NCBI GenBank assembly: GCA_964035575.1
Contig: OZ037835.1
Coordinates: forward strand, 2,232,001-2,269,412
DNA: 37,412 nucleotides
Origin: Rhynchopus sp. YZ270_cl-10
Lineage: Eukaryota
Reading direction: 5' to 3'
The position numbers were made by a program, and so were the translations under genes. The notes beneath the pieces were generated by a model that ran no database searches, was not told the origin of the DNA, and saw only the letters and a program-made list of their open reading frames with translations. Shown in pieces: positions 1 through 12,200 of this stretch. How positions within the stretch are numbered: position 1 is the first letter of the stretch; every line of letters starts with the position of its first letter.

Positions 1-519
1 GATTACAATAAAGCTCCCTGAAGTGTAGCAGCCTTTAGTCACATTTAGCTACTGATTAGAAAAAATTCTGCTAAATATAGCAGGTTCGTGTTGTTGAGGA
101 TATTTTGCTCTGCAGCTAATGTTGACTGCTGCCACATAACAGACTGATTCTGTGCTTGTGAAGCTATTTGGCTCTGAGACACAATATCACTCATATGTGA
201 GAAGTAATCACGAAAAGTTACACCAGTGCTAATAATATGGTGGTTTTCTGGTCCACACAAAACACCAAAATCATGTAAATACTGATGCATGTTCAAAAAG
301 TTTTTCAAGCTCACTTTAATGTGCCCAGCTGGTATTTGAGAGATATTCTGCTGAAATAATTCAGCTGTGAAGAAAGCTCGGAAGTATATTTAATGGTATG
401 GGTGTGAAGCTAATTTGTTCAGGAAATAATATTTGGAAGAATGTTAGAATGTTAGAATACATGGCAGGATGAAGTCGTTTTAAAGATATGTAGCTCCGAC
501 ATACTTATAATTCGTATAT

Positions 520-1083
520 TTCAGTTTTGAATCCCTGTATCTCTGAAGGCAATGACTCATGTATGTTTGTGCACTTACTCATGCATGTAAACATAGACGG
601 CATCTTACATATGTGTGTGCTTGTGAGCGTACATAGCTCGACACGAATATCACGAACACAGTAACCAAACATAAAAGCACGTGACATGCTGGTGAGCATC
701 CCCCATTGTAATATCATATTGTTCCTCTACCATATGTTTCTCTTGCTCGACACATCTCTTATGACAGTAAGATCCGCACATATCTCCCACATCTCTCTAT
801 CTACCATCTCGAGGAGGCCCTTTATCCACCAATTTCCCACCACTTCCACCTTCTCGGCACTGATGAAGTGTTCTCTTTCTCGAGCATTCCCTCACCCAAA
901 AACACATGTAAATCTACAAAATAATCTCAAATCAGGACTCCCAAACTTCAAAAATTTTTCTGGGGGGGCACTGCCCCCCCAGACCCCCCGTGCTCCGCTC
1001 GCCTTCACGCTGCGCGTAAAGGCTCGCTCCGCTCTCCCTCGCGCCCCCACCCCGCTGCGCGGGGTGGGTGCGCTCGTTCGAAA
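520..1083. repeat. Dispersed repeat, diverged copy of ~4150-4570, ending in a GC-rich hairpin cluster
   Basis: Shared strings (gcacttactcatgcatgta, acacagtaacc, ctggtgagca, tctcgagcattccctcacccaaaa, aaatcaggact...tctgggggggcactgcccccccagacc) occur in the same order in both places. Boundaries are approximate. Confidence 0.85.
959..1073. other. Cluster of three GC-rich hairpins (second copy at 4447-4562)
   Basis: tctgggggggca-c-tgcccccccaga; gcctt(c)acgc-tgc-gcgt(a)aaggc; cccaccccgc-tgc-gcggggtggg. Confidence 0.85.
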
Positions 1084-2123
1084 GTCCATTAAAGCAACAG
1101 ATTTGATGTTTTGAGTAGTTGTGGTTAAATGTGGCGAAATTTCACGGCTATTTTATACATAGTACACGGTAGCATAGGGTATTTATATCCATTTTCAATT
1201 TTTAAATATCGCCAGATGCCCAGGACTGGCACACCCGGTACGCCACGTCGTTTTTGGGCCCCACTCTATCAGAGAATCATGTCAGATATGCAAGGTCTGT
1301 CTATTCCAAGTGACCCTGGGAAGCGACCGTTTACGACCCCTCAAACCCGTAATAACTGGATACCTACTGGCTGTATAAAACTGCCACACACATTTTAGGT
1401 ATTAAACACTTGTCAACCACACTGAACCCAAAACATCACCCCGTTTCTCGGCAGCAGTCTACCGGAGAATCACATCAGACTTGCTCGGACGACGCAAACT
1501 TGGCACTTGGGAGACTCCCCATTTACGACCCCGCAAACCCGTAATAATTAGATACAGAGAGGCACAAATAGTGGAAATTTTCTTTTTGACAAAATTTTAG
1601 GTGCTCTAACATGGAATCTGACCCCCATGTCCAGGTTATAAAAATGCTCTCTGAGTCCATTAAAGCAACAGATTTGATGTTTTGAGTAGTTGTGGTTAAA
1701 TGTGGCGAAATTTCACGGCTATTTTATACATAGTACACGGTAGCATAGGGTATTTATATCCATTTTCAATTTTTAAATATCGCCAGATGCCCAGGACTGG
1801 CACACCCGGTACGCCACGTCGTTTTTGGGCCCCACTCTATCAGAGAATCATGTCAGATATGCAAGGTCTGTCTATTCCAAGTGACCCTGGGAAGCGACCG
1901 TTTACGACCCCTCAAACCCGTAATAACTGGATACCTACTGGCTGTATAAAACTGCCACACACATTTTAGGTATTAAACACTTGTCAACCACACTGAACCC
2001 AAAACATCACCCCGTTTCTCGGCAGCAGTCTACCGGAGAATCACATCAGACTTGCTCGGACGACGCAAACTTGGCACTTGGGAGACTCCCCATTTACGAC
2101 CCCGCAAACCCGTAATAATTAGA
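1083..2123. repeat. 571-bp tandem duplication (~1.8 copies)
   Basis: Sequence from agtccattaaagcaacag recurs 571 bp later. The ORFs at 1129 and 1700 are identical. Confidence 0.95.
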
Positions 2124-2356
2124 AACCCGTAAACCCGCAAACCCGCAAACCCCGCAAACCCGCAAACCCGCAAACCCGCAAACCCGCAAACCCGCAAACC
2201 CGCAAACCCGCAAACCCGCAAACCCGCAAACCCGCAAACCCGCAAACCCGCAAACCCGCAAACCCGCAAACCCGCAAACCCGCAAACCCGCAAACCCGCA
2301 AACCCGCAAACCCGCAAACCCGCAAACCCGCAAACCCGCAAACCCGCAAACCCGCA
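2124..2356 (+). repeat. (AAACCCGC)n array, ~29 units
   Basis: Read directly; one AAACCCGT variant and one extra C. Confidence 0.98.
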
Positions 2357-4981
2357 CAAGAAGAAAGCTCGCTAATATGTGGTTTGGTTATACCTACTTT
2401 GTGTTGATGCGATTAAGGTATGAGTAATGATATGTAAACACGCAATGTAACCTAAAATTCACTGGAGAACCTGAATGGCACGGAAAAGCATGCATGAGGC
2501 ATGATGGGGTGGGTATGAGGCATTTTGCTCCGCCGTGAATTATTATGAATACTGCTGACATGAGTGATTAATATGTACAGAGTAATTGATTATAGTAACG
2601 TGTTATAAACTGTAGCAAGATGGTATAGTTTAGAGGTATTTCGCTCTGCAGCTTATTTATGGCAGGATTTGGGCTCTAATAACAACTGATTGCACTAAAT
2701 ACTGCTAAAAACAGCAGGTTTGTGTAGTTGAGAGGCTATTTGGCTCCGCAGAGAATATTGACTGCAATAAGCTGGTGTGGCCACAAACGCGAAAAGAGCT
2801 TGCTAAAATGGTGTGGTTGAGGCATTGGTGGTAGTAGTACAGAAAAGCTCACAAACGGAGGCATGGTCTGCGCGCAACGTTGGGATCTGACGCAATTTAT
2901 ACTAATATTTGTTCCTCTACGAATTTTTTAGATTTCTATGAAAATTGAAAGCTCTAACACTAACATTTGGCAGGAGGCTCTGGGTGAGAAGACATTTGAG
3001 TTTCCCCACGTACCACTTAACTGTGGAGATATTGGGTTCACAATTTGGGTATAGGATATAAAATCTACGACAGGATGTAGCTTCTAATATTATGCTAAAA
3101 ACAGCAGGTTCGTGTTATTGAATATTTGGATATTTTGCTCACGCAGCAAATATGCTGCCACATAACAGACTGGTGTGGTTGTGAACCTATTTGGCTCAAT
3201 ATCACTAATATGTGAGAAAAAAGCTCGCAACGTTTCACCATGTAAATAATATGGTGGATAAAAACTGATACATGCATTTTTAGGTTAAGAATATACCCTT
3301 TTCGCAGCGTAAATTGACCCCATCACAGCACGCACAGACTACGGAGAATCAAAAATCAAAATCTTTCAATGAATAATGTGGTTGAGTCTCAATGAGAGAC
3401 TATTTTATTTCTATGATATTAATACTGACATATTCGAATAGAGAAGATAGTTTGCTAAAGTGTTGGCGGATTTATTTCATTTGTGCATGGAAGAAAGGTT
3501 GCTAAAATGTAGGAGCAGGAGGGTGTGGTTGAGAGGCACTTTGCTCCACCGCTTATATTCACTGCTAATGTAGAACAGGCTGATTGTTATTAGGCTATTT
3601 AGATCCGCCGCTAATAATGACTGATTCTCAGAAAAATTATGTGTCGCAGGATGGTGTGGTTCAAAGGCTCCTCCGCTAATAATAACATAAAAATACGTCT
3701 GCAGTTCGCTTTTAGTGCCAGGTTTTTGACAGAACTTTTGCTCATAATATTCAGGAGTGAAGAAAGTCGGTAGATTATTTCACGGTGTGGGTGTGAAGAT
3801 AATTTGCTCTTCAGGTAATGGTAGATAATGGTACATGTGTATGTAAGAAGTCTTGGTAAAAATTGGCAGAGAGTTGTACCGACCGGTTTAGTCCAGAAAA
3901 ACTCTTCCATAATATTCCATTATAATAAAGCTCGCTGAAACATGACATCTCAGGTGTGGTTGAGAGACAGACTATTTGGCCACTACCAATAATGAGTACT
4001 ACCAGATAGCTATTGGTTAGAGCTGGTTTTGAACCTCATTTGGCCCCATATCATTTCTGAGTCTAATGTCTACAAATTATCTCGCTTTTTTGTGGCAGGT
4101 TTGTGTGGTTCAGCACCGCAAATGCTGACTTTCACATATTTCAATTTGGTGTAGTCTTAAAGCCATGTATCTATAAAGGCAATTACTCATAGATTTACCT
4201 GCACTTACTCATGCATGTACACGTAGAAGGACTCTTACATATGTTAATAGAGGGCGCTTGTGAGTATAAATAGCTCTGACACTACTAACGCGAACACAGT
4301 AACCTTACCTAAAGTACCTGACATCCTGGTGAGCACCCTCCTCGCTTCACTGATATGTTCTCTCTCTCGAGCATTCCCTCACCCAAAAATACATACAAAT
4401 CTACAAAAAAACTCCCAAATCAGGACTGCCTAACTTCAAAAATTTTTCTGGGGGGGCACTGCCCCCCCAGACCCCCCGTGCTCCACTCGCCTTCACGCTG
4501 CGCGTAAAGGCTCGCTCCGCTCTCCCTCGCGCCCCCACCACGCTGCGCGTGGTGGGTGCGCTCGGTCGAAATTTTGTACCCCTCAAACCCGTAATAATTA
4601 GATACCCAGAGGCAGAAATAGTGAAAAAAAATTATTTTGACCAAATTTTAGGTGCTCTAAAGTGGAATCTGACCCCCATGTCCAGGTTATAAAAATGCTC
4701 TATGAGTCCATTAAAGCAACAGATTTCACATTTTGAGTAGTTGTGGTTAAATGTGGCGTAATTTTACGGCTATTTTATACAGAATACATGGTAGTACAGG
4801 GTATTCGTACTCATTTTTAATTTTAAAATATTGCCAGAAAATGCTAACATCCAAACCCAGTACATTACGTCGTTTTTGGGCCCCAGTCTACCGGAGTGTC
4901 ATATCAGAAATACTGGGACCACGCGATCCAGCAATCCCGCAGCGTCGCCATTTTGTACCCCTCAAACCCGTAATAATTAGA
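2357..4981 (-). mobile_element. Putative non-autonomous Helitron-like unit (2.6 kb) between arrays
   Basis: The minus strand starts TCTAATTATTACGGG (4981) and ends CTTG (2357). It shares both end sequences and fragments of the 349-bp satellite (~3260-3360, ~4610-4700) with the other units. No credible ORF. Confidence 0.5.
2360..4140. repeat. Highly degenerate short tandem-like repeats (also 1-480, 24560-25060, 28791-29290)
   Basis: Recurrent motifs aaagctcgctaaaatgt, ggtgtggttgagagg and ttgctccgccgc..aatatt. Confidence 0.6.
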
Positions 4982-5101
4982 AACCCGCAAACCCGCAAAC
5001 CCGCAAACCCGCAAACCCGTAAACCCGCAAACCCGCAAACCCGCAAACCCGCAAACCCGCAAACCCGCAAACCCGCAAACCCGCAAACCCGCAAACCCGC
5101 A
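4982..5101 (+). repeat. (AAACCCGC)n array, 15 units
   Basis: Read directly; 120 bp, one AAACCCGT variant. Confidence 0.98.
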
Positions 5102-5309
5102 CGAGAAGTGAGCAACCATATGTGGCAGGCTGGTGTGATGTGTTACGGGCTGGTGTATCGAAAATGTTCCATTGTGTTATTCTTAGGGAATCTTGTTGGT
5201 GAGGTGAGTTTTTGGCATTTGAGTTCATGTTGCTAAAGTAGAGTTTATATTTATTGCGTGTGTGATAATTTATGAAAGTTTAGCAGTATTATCGTGTATG
5301 TGGCCGACT

Positions 5310-5560
5310 GCAGGTACCCTAAAGACTTCAGCTGGCCAAGTAACCTTTTGTATACTACGATTCATGGAGTTTACTACCACCATACGTCGAGGCAATTGCT
5401 CCGATGAAGCCACTACAGTAAACCATTTGAAAAAATATTTTTGGCCATTTTGGGATTTATGGACAGAAATTTCGACAAATCTGTCCATAAATTACGTTCT
5501 GTCCATAAAAGCCAGGATCCTGACCAAAAATCACTGTATTGAAAATACAGGGATTTTTGC
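5310..5560. repeat. Hairpin-bearing ~270-bp module, copy A
   Basis: Similar to 5650-5920 and 21560-21832; contains atttatggacaga...tctgtccataaat and the terminal hairpin with one mismatch. Confidence 0.9.
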
Positions 5561-5649
5561 CTGCATAATGCCCTTCCACACACCTGCATAACCTATTGCA
5601 GTATGTGTATTGATGTTTGCAGGTAACCTGTGGTTTGTGAGTTTTTATG

Positions 5650-5920
5650 CATTCCCTGTATAGGGCCTATAAGGGTACCCACAACCTCAGAGCCAAGTAA
5701 ATTAATGTCTACTACGTATTTTTGGGCCTACTACCACCATACTTCGACGCAATTACGCCGCTGAAGCCACTACAGTAAGCCATTTGAAAAAGTATTTTTG
5801 GCCATTTTGGGATTTATGGACAGAAATGTCGACAAATCTGTCCATAAATTACGTTCTGTCCATAAGAGCCAAAATCCCGACCAAAAATCCCTGTATTGAA
5901 AATACAGGGATTTTTGGCTG
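5650..5920. repeat. Hairpin-bearing ~270-bp module, copy B
   Basis: 13-bp inverted repeat at 5812-5824/5837-5849, a third arm at 5855-5865, and a perfect 17-bp stem ccaaaaatccctgtatt-gaa-aatacagggatttttgg at 5881-5917. Confidence 0.92.
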
Positions 5921-6229
5921 CATAAGGCAAAACCCCTAGCATGTACCTGACTGGTAAAATTCTCTCTATTGAGGGACATATTGTGGCTACTCTGTAGGGG
6001 TGTGTGTGGGTGTGTGTGGGGGGTTTGAGGAAAAATTGAAATATAAAATGTTCCTTTGTTTTTGTTCTCTCACATTTCATGCTTCATTTGTACTGTGTTC
6101 AAAACTAATAGGTATCCCCAAACCCACAATCCCAAAAAATTCCCACCAAACCCAACCCGCAAAAATATCCCCGATTGTTACCACTTCTTTCATTTTTCTT
6201 TTTTTATAATTATTACTTTTTTTGTATGT

Positions 6230-9200
6230 TCACAACTCCCAATCAACTTGATATAAAATCTCATTGGGAAATCCCCTATGCAATTGTTCCAAACCATTTT
6301 TGTGTGTTTCCAATTCACGTTCAGGAGACCCTGTACCAATATTAAAATGATCAGGGTTTGAAGTATGTAATAAAATAATCCTGTCTTTTGCAGGAATATT
6401 AGCAAGAACTTGTTCAGTAGACAAGTTGTTCCCCAAAAAGTGAAAAGATGAGGGCTTGTTATCTTGGTTCATTTTGACAATAGTTATTAGAACACATTTT
6501 AAGAGACTCACCAAGGCAAACTCAATCTGTTCTGCATAGTCTGATGTTGCGTACGTCCCATCAATCCTGCCAGTTATCCTGTTAATAAGGGCGTTGTAGG
6601 TGCCTACAATCGAGGATACGGTGTTAGCGTTTTCAGGTACAATAAGAGGATGATGTTTTATTGTAGTACTGTTCTGCACAACAAACAATTCCAATTCTCT
6701 TCTGAGTTGATTCCCTTGTCCTATCCTCTTTGTAATAGACTGGTCTACAGCATGGTAAAAGCAAGTACCATCCCCCAAAACCCTGGTAATGGAGAGCTTC
6801 GGCTTTTGTGCTGTTGTTGCTTCTGCTGATGTAGGGTTATTCTTCTTCCGCTTCTTAGGAGACTTATCTTCTGGGTCTCTCTTCCTCTTTTTGGCTACAT
6901 AGACAAGATCTTCAGCATCTTCAAACTGAATGCTCTCGCACTGCATTGGCATGGGGTCCCAGAATTTATGGTCGTCAGATGGTGGAGGCATCTTTGCTTG
7001 TTTGTGGGTCTGTTCAGAGTACTCTTTGTCAGTCATGACGTGGTAACTCTGTAGCATGGCCTCTTCTGCTTCAGTCAGCTGCATAAAGATGCCCTCGAGT
7101 CCACGGTCAGCAACAGATTTCAGCATGTCCTTGTACACAGGGTTTGACACTCTGTATGGCTCCACAATAGTTCTGGTTGATTTGGTCCATTTCTTCAGAG
7201 GCACTGCAACCTTGACATGCTCTGCCTTTGGGCATCTGCTCAGAGCAACGTACAACTGCCCATGTGCAAAGCACTGAGACTCTGTGAGGTCGAGTCCAAC
7301 CCTATCGAGGGTCTGTCCCTGAGACTTGTTAATTGTAGAGGCGAATGACAGTGCGACAGGAAACTGGACACGCTGCATGCTGAAACCAGCCTTCTTCTCG
7401 TCAGGAGTGTTCTTAACTCTGGGGATGTTCACTTCCGTTCCAACTCTTTTAGGGTCACCCACAATGATCCCCTGAATGTTGAGCTGTGTCACGCCAGTCA
7501 CAATAAACCTCGTTCCATTGCAGAGACCCTTTGGTGGGTTGAGGTTTTTAAGCAACATTAGAGGAGCACCAACCTTGACAGTGATGCAGTGGTCAGGTAT
7601 GCCTGTCTGCTGGTACGCATTCATCACGTCTGAGTCAATGGCAGATTCTCCCTCAACAGACTCCTCTGTGCATGTGTCCTTCCCTGTAAGCTGGAACTCA
7701 TGGAGTACTTCTTTTTGTTTCCCACACAGCCTCTTGAGACAAATGTTGTTCATTGCCTTCTGAGCTTTGTTAGTTGGTGCAAGGATCATGCCATTTCCAA
7801 CTACACCTTCTCCAATCAGAGGGAAGACGTGGGTGATTAAATCATCAGGTACAACATAATCCCCACAATCCTTTCGGTAGAGGTTTCTTGGGAGAGATAT
7901 GGAACCGTCTCTATCGTTGCACGACCCATCGCCAATGGTTCCCAGGTAGGTAGCCCAATTTTTGTCATCCTTCTGCCTCATTATCTCGACAAGGGACAGC
8001 ATAGTCATATTTTGGAATAGAGGAGAAGTATGCAGACAGTTTTTAAGCGTGGCACTCTTGTCTCCCTCAGTGACAGGAAGAATCTGCTTGAAGTCGCCAC
8101 CAAGAACCACAGTGATTCCACCAAACCACATGGCCTTTTCAGTAACCTTTCTGCAGGTTCTGTCGAGAAGTTCTATGTGGCCCCTGTTTGCCATCACCAC
8201 CTCATCAAAGACAATGAGATCCGTTGCGCGGATGAGATCTTCAATTTCTTTTGTCAGTTTGCAGACAGAGTGGTGGTCATCAGGGTACAGATCAAGAGGA
8301 AACTTGAATCTGTTGTGGGATGTTCTTCCTCCAGGCAGGAGCATTGCTGCAATACCAGAGCTTGCGACTGCAAGGGCAATGTTAGGACGATGTGTGTCAT
8401 CTTGCGCCGGAACCCCTCTGTGGCTTCTGCACCAACTGAGCATGGCCTGGTAGGTAAACGTTTTTCCAGTCCCTGCAGCACCCTGAAGCAGAAACATCTC
8501 GCCTTTGCCCTGAGTCACAGAGAGTTGAACACGCTGAACTGCTTCCATCTGTTTTGTATTGAGCTTAGGTTGAATCTTCTCCCACTCTTGCCACTGCTTT
8601 TCCATGTTGTAGATTTCATCCTTCATAACCCAAGACACTCCATCGTTCGCACTCCTCACAGCAGCTGTTGGTGTTGGGAGTCCAAAGACTTCTAGCTTTA
8701 CATCCGACCCACAAATGTTTCTCAACACATTCTGAATATCCAACAGTGCTTCATTTTCCTCCTGCTCAGATACCGTAGCCTCCCCATCCGGTGCAGTCTC
8801 TCCCTGCTTCAGAGGACGCTTGCACAGCTCCACCTTGTATGTCTTCCAGAGTTCTTTCATGTCATTAGGAGGAATAGCAAAGGAGTTGAGTAGAACAGCA
8901 AGGGTAAACCTGAGGCATCTTCCTGACACAGTGGTTTTGACTGCATCCACAAGTGTAAGCTTCACAAGTTCACCATCCTGAAGGAGCCCCATTTCATTTG
9001 CTGCATCCGTAAAGGACTCGCACTTTTTCCCTTCTACAGTCATCAGGTCATCAAAGCTAGTGGGTCCTTTTCTCACCATGAGGATAGTGCGCAGAGCCTG
9101 AAGCTCCTTATCCAAAACAGGGGTTCTGTACAGGCGACCAATAGCCAGAAGATGGGACTTTGCAGCTCGTGATCTGTCCGTTGTGACAAGCGACTCAGTC

Positions 9201-12200
9201 CTGGGGCAGTACACGTAGCTTTTCCTCAGGGTCCACTCTGCTTTATCTCTGGAGAAGGCAAAGTATTCAGGAACAGTGATGTAGTTCAGGGTTTGTATTC
9301 CCTGGTACTTGGAAGACGGGTCACGTTTTGCGTCACTATTTGCAGCAAACCAGGCTGTGAGTGTTGTGTCCGTGGCCTTGTCAAGAGCCTCTGCCTCCTT
9401 GCCAGGAAAGTAGTACAGCCTTTGCTGGCCTGCAAGATGAACATCAAGTCTGGTGACACTTGGGTCAATGTATCTCATCTTTGTTCCGAGAAGGTATCCA
9501 ATGGCCTCAAGTGACCCAATGTGTATGCCTGTCAGATAGCTCATGCACTCATCCGTTTTGTTTTTTTCCCCGTCTTTGGCTGAAACTGACACATTAGCAT
9601 ACTCATCGTCCTTGAACAGATACTTGAAGAGGTATCTGATGACAACTGGAGATCCAACAGCCTCTATGTTGAAGTGGCTCATGAACTGGGTGAGAAGAAC
9701 TATGTTGTAGGAAACAACATAGCGGTTGTCTCTACAGCTGGGGTGTACCTTCCCTTCTGTGGCCAGCTTTCTTGCCCGCTCTTGGTCTTTTTCCGCAACA
9801 GCGCTTGTTCTCCCATTTTCAGGCCGCATACCATAGCTGTACATTCCTGTCTCAGTTGCCAGGGTATCTTCCCGAAAGTTTTTAGGGTAGTGCTGTTTGC
9901 ACCGTGCGTTGCCGTCTGGGCCGGGCACCTTGCATCGTGCACTGGGCACAGTATCACACTTGGTGTGCATCATCTGCTCCGACACCAAGTTGTATAGCTC
10001 TTCTTGCGTTTCGGGATCAGGCAACTGGCAGGACACCGCCATGTCAAAAATGGTTGCAGACTTCGGCTTGTGCTCCTTGGAAACCCACAGAAGAAGATGC
10101 AAGTGGGGGAGTCCGCGCTTCTGGTACTCCACCACACGAACCATTGCCTGGTACGTCCCGAGTGCATTCTCTTTCAACTTTTTCTCAAGTTGATCCATCT
10201 TGAGGTTGAAGACTCGGTGCACAAGATCAGACCTGTCACAGGGTCTTTCTCCTGGACGCAGCTCCCTGAGAATCTCTGGCCAGTGTGGGTTGGCTGTCAT
10301 GGTCAGGAAATAATCGGGGCAGCCAAGACGGGCCTTCAACGCAAGTGAATCGTTGAGGTCTTGAATCCTAGCTCTCTTCCCACGCGGGTAGCTGGCATAG
10401 AGGGTGGTGGTGGCTGTTGTAGTGTCATTGGTCGCATCGTGTGTGGTGACGCGACGGTTTTCCACCACTGTAGTAACACGGGACTCTTCAAGGAATTCTT
10501 TTGTTGCATACTTCTTTACTATCTGCTGGCTGTGGTAAGATATGCGTTGCGTAATGGCACGGATGCCAAGCTGAAGGAAGAAGTATTCGGTCAGCTTGCG
10601 CCCTATCAGTGCAGGCCCTGGTTCCCCATCTGGGTTCTTCTCGGTCGCCCGTGAAAACAGGTGGAAGCAGCCATACTCCTGTGCTGACACACCACTGTAG
10701 GGGTTTGGCGTTGCTTCATCTTTTCGACTGTGTCTCCAACCTGTACTGTCCTTTGGACACACATGGATAAGGGGAAAACACAGTGGCTCAAACCTCGCAT
10801 CAAAATCCGATATCTTTCTGCTGTATCTATCGCTTCCTTCACCTTCACCTTCAGCTTCTCCCTGCATAATAACGCTGTACTGCTGCCGGCCCCAACCTGC
10901 TGCGTATTTGTGATCATCTGTTCCAGTACTGACAGTATATACAGCCCGCAATTCATCTTCTGCAGCGGCGTTTGCGTACTCCCGTCCCGTCTTCTCAGGT
11001 CCTCGCAGATCGTCAAAGTTAATGGCCACATGTGTGTTCTCTTCGGCACTGTCCATCAGAACTGAGGCTCTCCTGAACATCCTGACATAGCAATTGTCTT
11101 TCAGCATGGTCATGATGTCCTGGTAGAGAGTAGTGTCGCGTTCCAGTTCTGGGATCCTCTCCATCTCTTGCAAGCCTTTCAAGGCGCGGTCCTGCTCGTT
11201 GTATCCACCAACAAACCAGGTTTGGTTTCTTGTTTCCGCATCGTCAGACAGGCCCATAATTTTCTTCACCCCTTTTCCTTTTACAACTATGTTGTGTATT
11301 CCGCGTGTGTTGGAAAACAACTTGTGGGGGGTATGCAATGCCTTGGCCATCTGATGATAAGAATTCAGGCGGTATGAATTCTTGAGAAACATTTGATCCG
11401 AGAACAATCTTTTGTGGTTGTCGTTCTCAAATTCAATTGGCCCAGGGATGTCTCTCGCCTTGATCCTGTTGCAGCAAATTCCATATCTCCCTTCTCCTCG
11501 GACCTCACCAGAGAAGAGCTTTGCACCACATTTTCTACAGACAGAATTCATCCCCCCAATGTCAGCATAAGACACGCATCCATTTGTGTAGTCTTCAAGC
11601 TTCATTGCAGCTGAGTGGAGGCTTGGGTCAAGACTTCTCCCACACATTTCCGAAGTAGAAACCCTATTTTCGAATTCTGCAACTAATGCTTGACAGATGG
11701 GTCCGTTTGTTCTCAGCGTATCGGACCTCTTCTCGAGCCATCTTTCGCAGATGTCATTTGCACAGTTCTCTATTGATCCAAGAATGTACGGAGAAAGTCC
11801 TTGCATGCCATGACTTTTTTCTTCCTCAAGCAACTTGATTCTCTTCTTGTCGGAGTATGTGAGAGAATCAAGAGAACGGTTCCAGCGAGACTCTAACTCA
11901 GGATGTACAGCAAAGAGATCCCTGAACGAAGATTTATTAGTTATTGTTCTAATAGAAGCAATAACGTACGCAAGACGGCATTTTGCAACGTGCGTGATGT
12001 GCATGTACCTGAAGAGACAATGTGGATCATGTATTTTTGTTTTGTTGTATCTCTGTAAACACCACTCACAGACATCGTATTGAGTGTGTGGTGCAGAGCT
12101 TTCGTACTGGCTGCAGAAAAAATTTATATCTTCTAACTGCATTTGTGATGTTTCAGCCGAGAGACGCAAAGATTCACGCATGTCCGACAGGTATCTAGAC

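Noticed and set aside
5881..5940. Canonical Helitron 3' end (hairpin, then CTAG at 5936-5939)
   Set aside because: It would be on the strand opposite RepHel, is followed by C rather than T, and the CTAG is absent from the other module copies.
7056..12083. Many short plus-strand and alternate-frame ORFs overlapping RepHel
   Set aside because: Shadow ORFs of the long coding sequence with no recognisable motifs.
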